DNA of 64,000 bases, taken from assembly GCA_003214055.1 (NCBI GenBank), contig QCMD01000005.1, positions 802 to 64,801 of the forward strand, given 5' to 3'. The first letter of the stretch is position 1. Each line of letters begins with the position of its first letter. A program made the translations under genes and the position numbers. Under the pieces are notes generated by a model. The model was given only the letters and a program-made list of their open reading frames with translations, did not search any database and was not told where the DNA came from. The DNA is from Prochlorococcus sp. AG-418-K17. Lineage in GTDB: Bacteria; Cyanobacteriota; Cyanobacteriia; PCC-6307; Cyanobiaceae. Below, piece after piece: positions 10,115 through 20,244 of this stretch.

Positions 10115-10270
10115 TTAGAAATTAACCACCTTTAAAAATGGTTTAAATACAGATTTTTTACTCACACACAGATTCATATTCTCTCTTTTTTTCATAAAGT
10201 CAAATAAATTTCGTTGTATTAATGTTTTATGAGGACTTCCAATTAATTCCTTATTAATTATTGAAACCAT
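10115..10270 (-). CDS. Possible 51-aa hypothetical protein
   Basis: MVSIINKELIGSPHKTLIQRNLFDFMKKREN...; fills the gap between neighbouring small ORFs. Confidence 0.35.
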   Translation of the reverse strand: MVSIINKELIGSPHKTLIQRNLFDFMKKRENMNLCVSKKSVFKPFLKVVNF

Positions 10271-10300
10271 AAGATCAACCTAAATAGAATTACTTTTAAA

Positions 10301-10390
10301 TTATGAAGTAAATACAGGTAGGCCTATAGTTGCAGTTGTTATAAGAGCCCCTGCAAAAATAAGGAAAGGTATAAAAGGGTAATTTTTCAA
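10301..10390 (-). CDS. 29-aa membrane micropeptide (TTG start)
   Basis: MKNYPFIPFLIFAGALITTATIGLPVFTS. Confidence 0.5.
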   Translation of the reverse strand: MKNYPFIPFLIFAGALITTATIGLPVFTS

Positions 10391-10498
10391 CGATAAACTT
10401 ACTAATTCGAGATTACTATATAGGTATTTATACCGTTTGTCTACCCCTAAACTGTATTGAATATAAATTTTTTTCTTTTAAAAGTAAAAAATAAAATA

Positions 10499-11308
10499 TT
10501 AACCAAATTTGCCAGAGATGTATTCCTGAGTAGTTTTTTCTTTTGGAGAGTTAAAAATTTTCTTTGTCGTATCAAATTCGGCAAGATAACCAACTTTCCC
10601 TCCATCACCCTCTTCATACTCAACAGCATTAAAAAATGCAGTCATATCACTGACTCTTAAAGCCTGCTGCATATTATGGGTAACGATTATTATTGTGTAA
10701 TTCTTCTTAAGTTCGTGCATAGTCTCTTCTATTTTCAAAGTTGAGATTGGATCTAAAGCTGAGCATGGCTCATCCATGAGAATTATTTCAGGCTCAATTG
10801 CAATAGTTCTTGCTATACATAGTCTTTGTTGTTGTCCGCCAGATAAAGAGTAACCACTGTCATTTAATTTATCCTTACATTCGTCCCATAAAGCAGCTTT
10901 TCTCAGCGAACTTTCGACTAATTCATCCATATCTCCAGTAAAGCCATTAATTCTTGCTCCAAATGCTATATTTTCGTAAATAGATTTAGGAAAAGGATTA
11001 GGTTGTTGAAAAACCATCCCAATTCTTCTTCTCACTTCAACTGGATCCACTCTTTTATCGTAAATATTAGTCCCATCAAAGAGGACAGTTCCTTTTAACG
11101 AGCAATTAGGAATCAAATCGTTCATCCTATTTAATGATCTAAGAACAGTTGATTTACCACAACCTGAAGGTCCAATAAGGGAGGTTATATTACCTTTATT
11201 AAAATTACAAAAAACATTTCTTACTGCTTCAAAAGTTCCATAGCTTATAGAAACATTCTCAAGGGATAAAATGATATTTTTTGGTGTTTTTTTATTAGTT
11301 TTAATCAT
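10499..11308 (-). CDS. pstB: Phosphate ABC transporter ATP-binding protein
   Basis: [36 protein letters not shown]. Confidence 0.97.
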   Translation of the reverse strand: MIKTNKKTPKNIILSLENVSISYGTFEAVRNVFCNFNKGNITSLIGPSGCGKSTVLRSLNRMNDLIPNCSLKGTVLFDGTNIYDKRVDPVEVRRRIGMVFQQPNPFPKSIYENIAFGARINGFTGDMDELVESSLRKAALWDECKDKLNDSGYSLSGGQQQRLCIARTIAIEPEIILMDEPCSALDPISTLKIEETMHELKKNYTIIIVTHNMQQALRVSDMTAFFNAVEYEEGDGGKVGYLAEFDTTKKIFNSPKEKTTQEYISGKFG

Positions 11309-12202
11309 TTATACTCTCTTAGTTTTCTCAGTAAAAGCGGCCAATATCCTTGAAAATATATTTACTGATAGTATCGATAAAACAAGAATAAAGGAAGCTG
11401 CCCAGGCTAATTTATTCTGCGCATCATATGGTTCTAGAGCAAAGTTATATATCAATACAGCCAAAGAACCCATCTCGTAAAACAAATCCTCAAAACCTAC
11501 TATGTAGTAGTAAGAAAATAAAGCAGTAAAAATTAAGGGTGCTGTTTCACCTGCAGCTCTTGCGATTCCAAGTACAACGCCAGTAGCAATAGACCTAAAG
11601 GCAGAGGGCAAAGTAACTTTCAATATGGTTGTATACATACTTGCTCCAACACCAAGAGAGGCATATCTCAACTCATTAGGCACCAGCTTTAAACCTTCGT
11701 CAGTGGTCTTAATCACAGTAGGTAACATCAATATTGAAAGTGCCATACCTCCGGCCAAGCCACTGTACATACTTCCAAATAAGATCTTTGTTGAAACAAT
11801 CAAGGCATAAATAAATACACCGGCAATTATTGAGGGGACTCCCGCTAAAACATTTACACCGAATCTAATAAACCTCGAAAAAGCACCGCCTTTTGAATAT
11901 TCCGCAAGATATATTCCGCCGCCAACACCTACTGGTATTGCAATAATTGAAGCAATTGTAGTTATTATTAATGTGCCTATTAATGCAGGGTTAATACCTC
12001 CTGCATCTAAATCATCTCCAGGAGGATTTGGTTCTAAAGTAAATAATTCTGGTGTGATTTGTGATCCACCTTTAATAAGGATATAAGTCACTAGAAAAAT
12101 CAAAGGAAGTATTGCTATCAACGCACAAATTACTGATAAAGAAGTGAAGAATTTATCTCCTATATTTCTTGATAATCTTTTCTGGTAATAAAGAGAATTC
12201 AT
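11309..12202 (-). CDS. pstA: Phosphate ABC transporter permease PstA
   Basis: LAGVPSII, ARAAGETAPL. Confidence 0.97.
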   Translation of the reverse strand: MNSLYYQKRLSRNIGDKFFTSLSVICALIAILPLIFLVTYILIKGGSQITPELFTLEPNPPGDDLDAGGINPALIGTLIITTIASIIAIPVGVGGGIYLAEYSKGGAFSRFIRFGVNVLAGVPSIIAGVFIYALIVSTKILFGSMYSGLAGGMALSILMLPTVIKTTDEGLKLVPNELRYASLGVGASMYTTILKVTLPSAFRSIATGVVLGIARAAGETAPLIFTALFSYYYIVGFEDLFYEMGSLAVLIYNFALEPYDAQNKLAWAASFILVLSILSVNIFSRILAAFTEKTKRV

Positions 12203-12208
12203 AATTAT

Positions 12209-13156
12209 CTAATATTTGAGACTAAATTTCTTAACTAGCCATTGCGCAAAGATATTAACCACTAAAGATAGGATCATCAGTACAAAAGCTGCATAAAAGA
12301 GTGATGAAACCTGACTTCCATCAGCCTCACCAAATTGGTTTGCAAGCATGGAAGAAATGGTATATCCAGGAGATAATAGAGACCAACTAAATGCATTTGA
12401 ATTACCAATAATCATTGTGACAGCCATAGTTTCTCCCATTGCCCTTCCTAAAGCCAATAGAACACCTGCCATAATTCCTGATAATGCTGCCGGCAAAATT
12501 ACTGAAAATATTGTTTTCCATCTACTTGCTCCAATTCCATATGCTGCATTTCTAAGCTTTTTAGGAACCTGATTAAGTGTATCTCTTGCAATGGAGGTCA
12601 CTATTGGCAAAAGCATAACTACTAAAATTAATATTGCTAACAAGGAATTCCTACCTGTGGGTTCTGTACTGAATAAAGGTATCCAACCAAAGAAATTATG
12701 TAAAAAGACAAAAAAGGCTCTAAAAAAAGGTTCCATTACAAATATTGCCCAAAGTCCCAATACAACTGATGGAATTGCTGCTAATAATTCAACAAAAGAA
12801 CCTATTATTTCTCTAAAAACTTTCGGAACAAAGTCCTCGGTAATAAATATTGCAGTTCCAACGCCTAGAGGGATAGTTATTAATAACGAAAGAAATGAAG
12901 TTACCAATGTGCCATATATAGCAGTAAAAGCTCCGTATTCATCTTTTACTGGATTCCATTCAGAGGTTACTAAAAACTTCAATCCATACCTTGAAAAGGA
13001 TTCAAATGACTGAAAAAAGACTACTAAAATAATTCCTAAAAGTATTATTGCTACGAAACTAGACAAGACTAGAGCTGTATTCTTGAAGATAATATCTATA
13101 TTTTTTTCGATACCGAATCTTTTACGATTCTTGAAAAGAGTTAATTTCTCTTCCAT
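12209..13156 (-). CDS. pstC: Phosphate ABC transporter permease PstC
   Basis: ELLAAIPSVV, GRAMGETMAV. Confidence 0.97.
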   Translation of the reverse strand: MEEKLTLFKNRKRFGIEKNIDIIFKNTALVLSSFVAIILLGIILVVFFQSFESFSRYGLKFLVTSEWNPVKDEYGAFTAIYGTLVTSFLSLLITIPLGVGTAIFITEDFVPKVFREIIGSFVELLAAIPSVVLGLWAIFVMEPFFRAFFVFLHNFFGWIPLFSTEPTGRNSLLAILILVVMLLPIVTSIARDTLNQVPKKLRNAAYGIGASRWKTIFSVILPAALSGIMAGVLLALGRAMGETMAVTMIIGNSNAFSWSLLSPGYTISSMLANQFGEADGSQVSSLFYAAFVLMILSLVVNIFAQWLVKKFSLKY

Positions 13157-13334
13157 TAAAAAAAGAATATCACTATAAATCTACTACTAAATGCTTTAAA
13201 AGACTTTAAGAGTACTTAAAGGTATATGAAAGTCATGAAAAGTAAACATCCTTAAACTTAATTTCTTCAAAACTTTTTTCTTTAACTTTACTTAACCATA
13301 GGTGAATATTATTTACTAAGCAGAGATCGAGGGG

Positions 13335-13541
13335 ATGTTTAAATACAAGGAATTCATTGCTCAAATCAAATACAAAGAAGTAATATCTTCCCCCGTATAT
13401 TTTATTCCTGTTTTGCTTCTATCCATAATGATTATTATTGAAAGTTTTCACATCTTTAATCACAAACAAAATTGCAAAACTAAAGCTGAGTGGATGGAAC
13501 AATCAGGAATGACTTATGACAGGGAATCAGAAGTTAATTAA
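13335..13541 (+). CDS. Small membrane hypothetical protein in the pho cluster
   Basis: 68 aa, one TM; TTTAACTT/CTTAACCA Pho-box-like half sites at 13281-13298. Confidence 0.6.
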   Translation: MFKYKEFIAQIKYKEVISSPVYFIPVLLLSIMIIIESFHIFNHKQNCKTKAEWMEQSGMTYDRESEVN

Positions 13542-13558
13542 TTAAATCTAAAAATAAT

Positions 13559-13900
13559 TTATTCGCAGCAACGTTTTTTGTTTGAGGAATAATCTGTCAA
13601 AGAAGTTATCCATTCCTTGATCAAAAATAGAGATTCTTTATTTAAGCTGTAATATACCCATCTACCTTCTTGCCTGTCTGAGATAAGACCAGCTTCCTTT
13701 AAGATTTTTATGTGATATGAAATTCTTGATTGAGATAACTTAGTTAATTTCATAATATCGCAAACACAAACTTCTCCATCCATCATTAGGTTAATTATTT
13801 CTAATCTAAAAGGATCAGAAAATGAAACCATCAACTTAGATATATTTTCTTTTTTTACTTTGCTAATATCCTTTAACAATTTTTTAGTAATTAAATTCAC
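13559..13900 (-). CDS. arsR: ArsR/SmtB-family arsenic-responsive repressor
   Basis: SDPFRLEI, EVCVCDI metal site, SQSRISYHIKIL, EGRWVYYSL, C-terminal CC. Confidence 0.93.
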   Translation of the reverse strand: MNLITKKLLKDISKVKKENISKLMVSFSDPFRLEIINLMMDGEVCVCDIMKLTKLSQSRISYHIKILKEAGLISDRQEGRWVYYSLNKESLFLIKEWITSLTDYSSNKKRCCE

Positions 13901-13944
13901 TTAAATATAGCTTAAATGAAAAAGATTTCATTAATAAAAATATC

Positions 13945-13974
13945 TTGATACATCAAAATATTTTGATATATAAT
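13945..13974 (+). promoter_or_regulatory. Sigma70 promoter of gap-arsJ-chrA with an ArsR operator in the spacer
   Basis: TTGATA (13945-50) N18 TATAAT (13969-74); perfect palindrome ATCAAAATATTTTGAT at 13952-13967 (ATCAA-N6-TTGAT). Confidence 0.75.
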
Positions 13975-13996
13975 AACATTAGGAAATTTCAAAGTA

Positions 13997-15019
13997 ATGA
14001 AAATTGGAATTAATGGTTTTGGAAGAATTGGCAGATTAGTTTTCAGAGCATTATGGGATAGAGCTGATATAGAAATAACTCATGTAAATGAGATAGCAGG
14101 AGATTCGAATGCTGCTGCACATCTACTCGAATTTGATTCAGTCCATGGTAGATGGGTGAAAGATATAAATGTTAATGAAGAAGAAATAATAATTGAGGGA
14201 AAGAAATTAGATTACACATCTTTTAAAAATTACCTTGATGTTCCTTGGGAAAAATCTTCTGTAGATATTATTTTGGAATGTACAGGAAAGAATAAAAAGC
14301 CAGACAAACTAGATCCCTATTTTGATTCTCTTGGGATGAAAAGAGTAATAGTAGCTTGTCCAGTAAAGGGAATTGTAGCTGGAGAGGAATCACTTAATAT
14401 TGTTTACGGTATAAATCAAAGTCTTTATGACCCTTCCAAACATAAATTAGTAACTGCAGCTTCCTGCACTACAAATTGTTTAGCTCCGATAGTAAAGGTA
14501 ATTAATGAAAATTTCTCAATTAAACATGGCGCTATTACAACTATTCACGATGTAACGAATACCCAAGTTCCTGTAGATTTTTATAAAAGTGATTTAAGAA
14601 GAGCAAGAGGATGTATGCAAAGTTTAATACCTACTACTACTGGATCTGCTAAAGCAATAGCTGAAATCTTCCCAGAATTAAAAGGAAAATTAAATGGTCA
14701 TGCAGTTAGAGTTCCTCTACTTAATGGTTCTTTAACTGATGCAGTTTTTGAACTAAATAATGAAGTGGCAGTTGAACAAGTAAATTTGGCACTTAAGGAA
14801 GCTTCAGAAACGTATTTAAAAGGAATTCTTGGTTACGAAGAAAGACCTTTAGTTTCTGCAGATTATGTAAATGATTCTAGAAGTTCAATAGTTGATAGTT
14901 TATCAACAATGGTTGTTAATTCAAATTTATTAAAGATATACGCTTGGTATGACAACGAGTGGGGTTACAGCTGCAGGCTTGCAGATCTTACTGAATATGT
15001 AATCAAAAAAGAGATTTAA
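13997..15019 (+). CDS. gap: ArsJ-associated glyceraldehyde-3-phosphate dehydrogenase
   Basis: [28 protein letters not shown]; adjacent to arsJ. Confidence 0.95.
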   Translation: MKIGINGFGRIGRLVFRALWDRADIEITHVNEIAGDSNAAAHLLEFDSVHGRWVKDINVNEEEIIIEGKKLDYTSFKNYLDVPWEKSSVDIILECTGKNKKPDKLDPYFDSLGMKRVIVACPVKGIVAGEESLNIVYGINQSLYDPSKHKLVTAASCTTNCLAPIVKVINENFSIKHGAITTIHDVTNTQVPVDFYKSDLRRARGCMQSLIPTTTGSAKAIAEIFPELKGKLNGHAVRVPLLNGSLTDAVFELNNEVAVEQVNLALKEASETYLKGILGYEERPLVSADYVNDSRSSIVDSLSTMVVNSNLLKIYAWYDNEWGYSCRLADLTEYVIKKEI

Positions 15020-15030
15020 TTTATGTCTTT

Positions 15031-16290
15031 ATGAAGTTATCTAATATTCAACAATATAGTGTTGTCACAGCAAACTATTGGGCGTTCACTCTCACTGACG
15101 GCGCATTAAGATTATTAGTTGTTGGTCACTTTCATGAGCTGGGTTACACAACTCTACAAATTGCTTTACTTTTCCTTTTTTATGAGTTTTTTGGAATAAT
15201 TACTAATTTATATGGTGGTTGGATAGGAGCAAGATATGGTTTAAGGCTTACTTTATGGATTGGGACTATCCTGCAAATCATCGCTCTTTTCATGCTTATA
15301 CCAGTTAAAGAGGATTGGCCAGTAATATTTAGTGTCGTATACGTTATGGTTGCTCAAGCAGTCAGTGGGATAGCAAAAGATTTAAACAAAATGAGTGCTA
15401 AGAGTACTGTTAAGACAGTTGTTCCAGAGACAAATAACGGCAATGATACTGGCCAAAAACAACTTTTTAAATGGGTTGCTATTTTAACTGGATCTAAAAA
15501 TGCTCTTAAGGGAGTTGGTTTCTTCTTGGGTGGACTTTTATATAAGTTATTTGGATTCAACAATGCTGTAGGAATTATGGGTTTTGGACTCTGTTTAGCC
15601 TTTTTATTGACGTTAATTTTACCTGGAGAAATTGGTAAGATGAAGACCAAACCAGCTTTTAATGATCTTTTTTCAAAATCAGATGCCATAAATATTCTTT
15701 CAGCAGCAAGATTCTTTCTTTTTGGAGCAAGAGATGTTTGGTTTGTTGTAGCTCTTCCAGTATTCCTTGATATGGCATTTGGTTGGGACTACATGGAAAT
15801 AGGATTATTTCTTGGGGCCTGGGTAATAGGTTATGGAATTGTTCAGGCTTCGGCTCCAGCAATTAGAAAGATGTGGGGCCAGAAAGAAAGTCCAGATCGT
15901 AAAGCTATCCAATTTTGGAGTGCCGTATTAATGGTCATACCATCTTTGATAGGAATCGCATTATGGAGAGAAAGTTCTCCATCAATAGCAATAATTTTTG
16001 GACTTACTATTTTTGGATTTGTTTTTGCAATGAATTCATCTACACATTCTTATATGATTTTGGCCTACTCTGATAATGAAAAAGTCAGTTTAAATGTTGG
16101 TTTCTATTACATGGCAAATGCTGCTGGAAGACTAATTGGAACATTACTCTCTGGCTTATTATTTATGATTGGAAGAAATCCAAGTATTGGACTTCAATAT
16201 TGTCTTTATTTTTCATCACTTTTAATATCCTTATCTTGGATTTCCAGTCTTAAATTACCCTCTTTCAAACAAAGCCTATCAGCTCCATAA
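15031..16290 (+). CDS. arsJ: Organoarsenical efflux MFS transporter ArsJ
   Basis: NYWAFTLTDGALR, KDLNKMSAKS, LTGSKNALKG, VGFYYMANAAGRL. Confidence 0.93.
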   Translation: MKLSNIQQYSVVTANYWAFTLTDGALRLLVVGHFHELGYTTLQIALLFLFYEFFGIITNLYGGWIGARYGLRLTLWIGTILQIIALFMLIPVKEDWPVIFSVVYVMVAQAVSGIAKDLNKMSAKSTVKTVVPETNNGNDTGQKQLFKWVAILTGSKNALKGVGFFLGGLLYKLFGFNNAVGIMGFGLCLAFLLTLILPGEIGKMKTKPAFNDLFSKSDAINILSAARFFLFGARDVWFVVALPVFLDMAFGWDYMEIGLFLGAWVIGYGIVQASAPAIRKMWGQKESPDRKAIQFWSAVLMVIPSLIGIALWRESSPSIAIIFGLTIFGFVFAMNSSTHSYMILAYSDNEKVSLNVGFYYMANAAGRLIGTLLSGLLFMIGRNPSIGLQYCLYFSSLLISLSWISSLKLPSFKQSLSAP

Positions 16291-16320
16291 AGACTAATTT
16301 TTCGGAATTAAAATATTTTA

Positions 16321-17547
16321 ATGGCAAAAATATCCTTAATTGAACTCGCGAAAACTTTCCTAAAAATTGGTATTTTAAGTTTTGGAGGACCCTATGCTCA
16401 TATTTCCTTATTCGAAGATGAACTTATAAATAATAAAAAATTGATATCAACTCAATCTTTTGAAAAAGGTATTGGATTATGTCAAATACTTCCAGGACCA
16501 ATATCTACTCAATTGGCAATATATATAGGTCTTAAAATAAATGGTTATCTTGGTGGATTGATATCAGGTATAAGTTTCATTATCCCAGGATTCATTTCGG
16601 TATTAGCTCTTAGTTTTTTTTGGCAAATTGGTTCTGGATCAAAATTTCTAAATGATTTAATTTACTTTAATCCGCCTATTATTGCAGGAATAATTTTTTC
16701 ATTCTCATTAGTTCTATTAAAAAAAAAATTAAAGTTTGATCGAATATTATTCTCCAGCTCAATATTATTCCTACTTATATTTGCTAAATATAATAGTATT
16801 CAATTTCCACTCATAACAATTCTCATTATTGCAGGTTTGATAAATATTTTCTTACAAAAATGGAAAAATATTTTTTATAGCTTGGTTCCTTTATCTATAT
16901 TTTCAACAACCTCATTTTTGAGTAGTACACTCTTTTTAAATATTTTTAAGTTCTATAATTTTTTGAAGGATTCTTTAAACTCAAAGTTTTTAATAAATTA
17001 TCTTAATCTGTTTTTTTTCTTCTTCAAATCGGGGCTTTTTATTTTTGGAGGGGGACTAGTAATCATTCCTCTAATGAGTGATTATGTTGTCTCACAAGGA
17101 TGGTTAACAAATAATGAATTTATAGATGGGATAATGATTGGCCAGATAACACCTGGTCCTGTCTTATTAACTACAAGTTTTATTGGATACAAAGCTGGGT
17201 TTACGGTCGGAGGAATAAATGAAGCTTTAAAGTATTCATTCATATCAACTTTTGCAATTTTTTTACCAAGCTTTTTATTGATTTTTGTTTTTGGGAAAGG
17301 CTTCATAAAAAACAGAATTAAATCGGTTAATTACTTTATCGAAGGAGTGATCAATACAATTCCTGGAGCAGTTATTTTCTCTGGCTTTAATTTAATTGAA
17401 GATAGTTTTTCATCAAAATTCTTTTTAATTAGCTCTATTTTTATAGTTTTAATTTCCACACTGTTATCTTTTTTTAAAATAGTTCCAACCTACATACTTA
17501 TTCTCTTTTCTTTAATATTAGGTTTATCAAAATATTTGTTTGCATAA
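16321..17547 (+). CDS. chrA: Chromate-ion transporter (CHR family)
   Basis: Duplicated FGG...LPGP / FGGG...ITPGP motifs. Confidence 0.9.
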   Translation: MAKISLIELAKTFLKIGILSFGGPYAHISLFEDELINNKKLISTQSFEKGIGLCQILPGPISTQLAIYIGLKINGYLGGLISGISFIIPGFISVLALSFFWQIGSGSKFLNDLIYFNPPIIAGIIFSFSLVLLKKKLKFDRILFSSSILFLLIFAKYNSIQFPLITILIIAGLINIFLQKWKNIFYSLVPLSIFSTTSFLSSTLFLNIFKFYNFLKDSLNSKFLINYLNLFFFFFKSGLFIFGGGLVIIPLMSDYVVSQGWLTNNEFIDGIMIGQITPGPVLLTTSFIGYKAGFTVGGINEALKYSFISTFAIFLPSFLLIFVFGKGFIKNRIKSVNYFIEGVINTIPGAVIFSGFNLIEDSFSSKFFLISSIFIVLISTLLSFFKIVPTYILILFSLILGLSKYLFA

Positions 17548-17548
17548 A

Positions 17549-17575
17549 AAAAGGAGGAAATAAATTCCTCCTTTT
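17549..17575. terminator. Bidirectional intrinsic terminator between chrA and pstS
   Basis: AAAAGGAGGAA-ataaa-TTCCTCCTTTT. Confidence 0.85.
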
Positions 17576-17592
17576 AAATATTGTCTTACGGT

Positions 17593-18588
17593 TTATTTAC
17601 CGATTCTTTTTACAGCAGCTCTTGACTTCTTAAGAATATCTCCTTTTAAGGGGACAAATCCAAGTGATGGAGCTTTATCTTGATACTCATCACTTAACAA
17701 TGTATTAAAGGCTTGTTTGATAGCTTTAGTATTTCTACCATTACCCTCTTCATAAGCAAGTATCCATGTTAATGAAGCTATAGGGTATGCTCCTTTTGCA
17801 GTTGGATTAGGATTTTTACCAGCAAGATTTTCATCTAGAGTAATACCATTAAGAGCCTTAGCTCCTGCTTCTACAGATGGTTTTAGAAACTCACCTGAAA
17901 GATTCTGAAGTGCAGCGGCCTTAACATTACCTTTAATATAGGACTGATTAACATAACCAATTGCACCTGGAGTATTTTGAATAACACCGGCAACACCTGA
18001 ATTTCCTTTTGCTCCAACACCTGCTGGCCACTTAACTGATTTACCAGTTCCTAAAGTCCAGGTTTTTGAAAACGCTTCCATAGAGTTTGTGAAAGCTTTA
18101 GTAGTTCCTGAACCATCAGAACGATGTGCCCAAGTTAATTTACCAGATTTACAGCCTAATTCTTTCCAGTTTTTAACCATACCCATTGCAACTCGTACGG
18201 CTTTCTCTTGAGTAAGTTTTAAATCACAGTCGTAGTTATATCCGAAAGCAATAGTTCCACCCACCATTGGGATTTGAACTAAACCTCTTGTAACCTTTGC
18301 TATATCTTTATCCTTCATAGGATCATCAGAAGCACCAAAGTTTACTGTCTGATCAATAAAAGCTTTTCTTCCAGAGCCTGAACCAACAGCTTGATAGTTT
18401 ACTCTTGGCCCTCCTGAAGTGGCTAAATCTTTGAACCAACGTGTGTAAATTTTGGCAGGAAATGATGCTCCAGCACCACTTAATCTTGTTTTAGCAGAAA
18501 CACTTGCGCCAGGAACACTTGTACCAGCAGCAATGGCTACTGCAGAAGTGAAAACCAAAGCTTTCTTAGCTATGTTCATGGATGTCAT
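17593..18588 (-). CDS. pstS: Phosphate-binding protein PstS (start may be 18579)
   Basis: GAGASFPA, GSGSGR, FGASD, HRSDGSGTT. Confidence 0.97.
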   Translation of the reverse strand: MTSMNIAKKALVFTSAVAIAAGTSVPGASVSAKTRLSGAGASFPAKIYTRWFKDLATSGGPRVNYQAVGSGSGRKAFIDQTVNFGASDDPMKDKDIAKVTRGLVQIPMVGGTIAFGYNYDCDLKLTQEKAVRVAMGMVKNWKELGCKSGKLTWAHRSDGSGTTKAFTNSMEAFSKTWTLGTGKSVKWPAGVGAKGNSGVAGVIQNTPGAIGYVNQSYIKGNVKAAALQNLSGEFLKPSVEAGAKALNGITLDENLAGKNPNPTAKGAYPIASLTWILAYEEGNGRNTKAIKQAFNTLLSDEYQDKAPSLGFVPLKGDILKKSRAAVKRIGK

Positions 18589-18640
18589 GATTAAATGAAA
18601 GACTACATATATATAGCACCGAATTTATACACAAATACTC

Positions 18641-18692
18641 ATTAATTAAAATTTTATCCTGTGTTAATTAGTTCTTAACCCCTTCTTAAACT
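18641..18692 (+). promoter_or_regulatory. Pho-box (PhoB/SphR) array between pstS and the porin gene
   Basis: 11-bp periodic half sites ATTAATTA, TTTTATCC, GTTAATTA, CTTAACCC, CTTAAACT; cyanobacterial consensus YTTAAYYW. Confidence 0.65.
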
Positions 18693-18931
18693 AAATATCA
18701 ATTTAACTTACTTACGTTTGATTTTGAAAATATTTGAAAATAAATAAATTTCAATTTTAAATTCTTATTTAAAAAATATTCAAAAAATAAAGAAATCATT
18801 TTGTTTGATTTAAGAAAAGTTTAAACTCTCTTTAAAATTTCCTTCTGACCTAATTTCTTACTCTTTTCTTAACTTTAATTCGTTGGTATGAAATTGGATC
18901 AACATCCATTATTAAAAGTGTGTGACTTTAA

Positions 18932-20092
18932 ATGAAATTATTTCAACAAATTTTGGTTGCTGGTGCTGGTTTGAGTTTAATAGCTCCAATTGGTGCACAA
19001 GCTACCGATTTCAACATTGAAGAAATGAGTAGTTACGTTCGTAGCAAATCATCTTCAAAAAAACAAAAAAAACTATTTAATAGCAATACATTTGCTAACC
19101 AACTTCCAACACTTGATAGGAGTGTTGAAGGTTCTGAGATTAATTTTAATAGATTCGAAGCTGGTAGTTTCTCTCCAACAACAACTATGAAGGGTAAGGC
19201 AGAAATGCAGATTGGAGCTGCCTCAAATGCAGGTCATACTGAAGAAGCACTTACATTCGCCTATCATTATGAAGTAGATTTAAATACTAGTTTTTCTGGT
19301 GATGACAATCTAAATGTTGAAATTGCAGCTGGCAATTCAGCCGGTACCAATACTGTACATGGAATAACAGGATTTGGTGAGTCACAAGATGGTCTTCAAG
19401 TAGAAGATGTTAACTACACATTTCCATTAGGAAGTTGGGATGTTTCAGTTGGAGATTCAATGGATTTATCTAAGAATTTCCCAAATGCATGTCAACTAGG
19501 AACAATCGTCGATAATATGGATGATTGTGGAGCTAAAAATTCTGTTGATCCTGGTGGAGATGTTTCTGTAAGCTTAGGGACAGAATTTGGAGATGGCTGG
19601 GCATTTGGTTTTGGCTTATCAGGTGATAGTGGTACAGCTGGTCTTGGCACCAAAGAAAGTACTGATGGCCTTGGAGCTGCTTTAGGTTATTCGAATGATA
19701 CTTTTGGAGTTACATTTGGTTATGCATTAGCTGATGGAGGTGCAGCAGCTAATAGTGATACGACTTACTACGGTGCTACTGCTTACTTCTCACCAGAGGG
19801 TATGGGAACATTTAGTGGTGGTTATGAAGTTGGGGACAACGAAGGTACTAACCAAGATACTTCTCAATTCAAACTTGGATATGTAACAGATTTTCTTGAT
19901 GGTACTTTGGAATTTGGCTTTGGTACCAACGATGCAATAGTTGATGGCGCTAACGAGGTTTACGCTTATGAAGCTTCATACAGTTTCCCAATTAATGATG
20001 GAGTTTCAATGACTGCATTTGCATACATCGCTGAAGTTGATGGTGCGGACGATAGCTCAGGTATTGGAGTTACAACAACATTTAAATTCTAA
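18932..20092 (+). CDS. phoE: Outer-membrane porin (Som/PhoE-like), phosphate-cluster copy
   Basis: MKLFQQILVA signal, FEAGSFSPTT, LNTSFSGDD, terminal TTFKF. Confidence 0.88.
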   Translation: MKLFQQILVAGAGLSLIAPIGAQATDFNIEEMSSYVRSKSSSKKQKKLFNSNTFANQLPTLDRSVEGSEINFNRFEAGSFSPTTTMKGKAEMQIGAASNAGHTEEALTFAYHYEVDLNTSFSGDDNLNVEIAAGNSAGTNTVHGITGFGESQDGLQVEDVNYTFPLGSWDVSVGDSMDLSKNFPNACQLGTIVDNMDDCGAKNSVDPGGDVSVSLGTEFGDGWAFGFGLSGDSGTAGLGTKESTDGLGAALGYSNDTFGVTFGYALADGGAAANSDTTYYGATAYFSPEGMGTFSGGYEVGDNEGTNQDTSQFKLGYVTDFLDGTLEFGFGTNDAIVDGANEVYAYEASYSFPINDGVSMTAFAYIAEVDGADDSSGIGVTTTFKF

Positions 20093-20114
20093 TCAAAATC
20101 AAAACAACCAAATC

Positions 20115-20148
20115 AAAAGAGCCTTCAATAAGGAGGTTCTTTTTTTTT
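20115..20148 (+). terminator. Intrinsic terminator after the porin gene
   Basis: AAAAGAGCCTTC-aataag-GAGGTTCTTTTTTTTT. Confidence 0.8.
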
Positions 20149-20244
20149 ACATAAAGTTTTAAACCTTAAATTTTTCTTAATAAATTAATTTTTTTTTCTT
20201 AACTTACTAAAGCAATTATTAAGAAGTATTTTCTTAAGCACTAA

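Noticed and set aside
10160-10170. ACTCACACACA as a Yfr1-related site
   Set aside because: Only 7 nt match the motif, it is a CA repeat, and there is no supporting structure
13200-13250. Pho box for pstC
   Set aside because: Weak half sites with 10-bp spacing; not distinguishable from AT-rich noise
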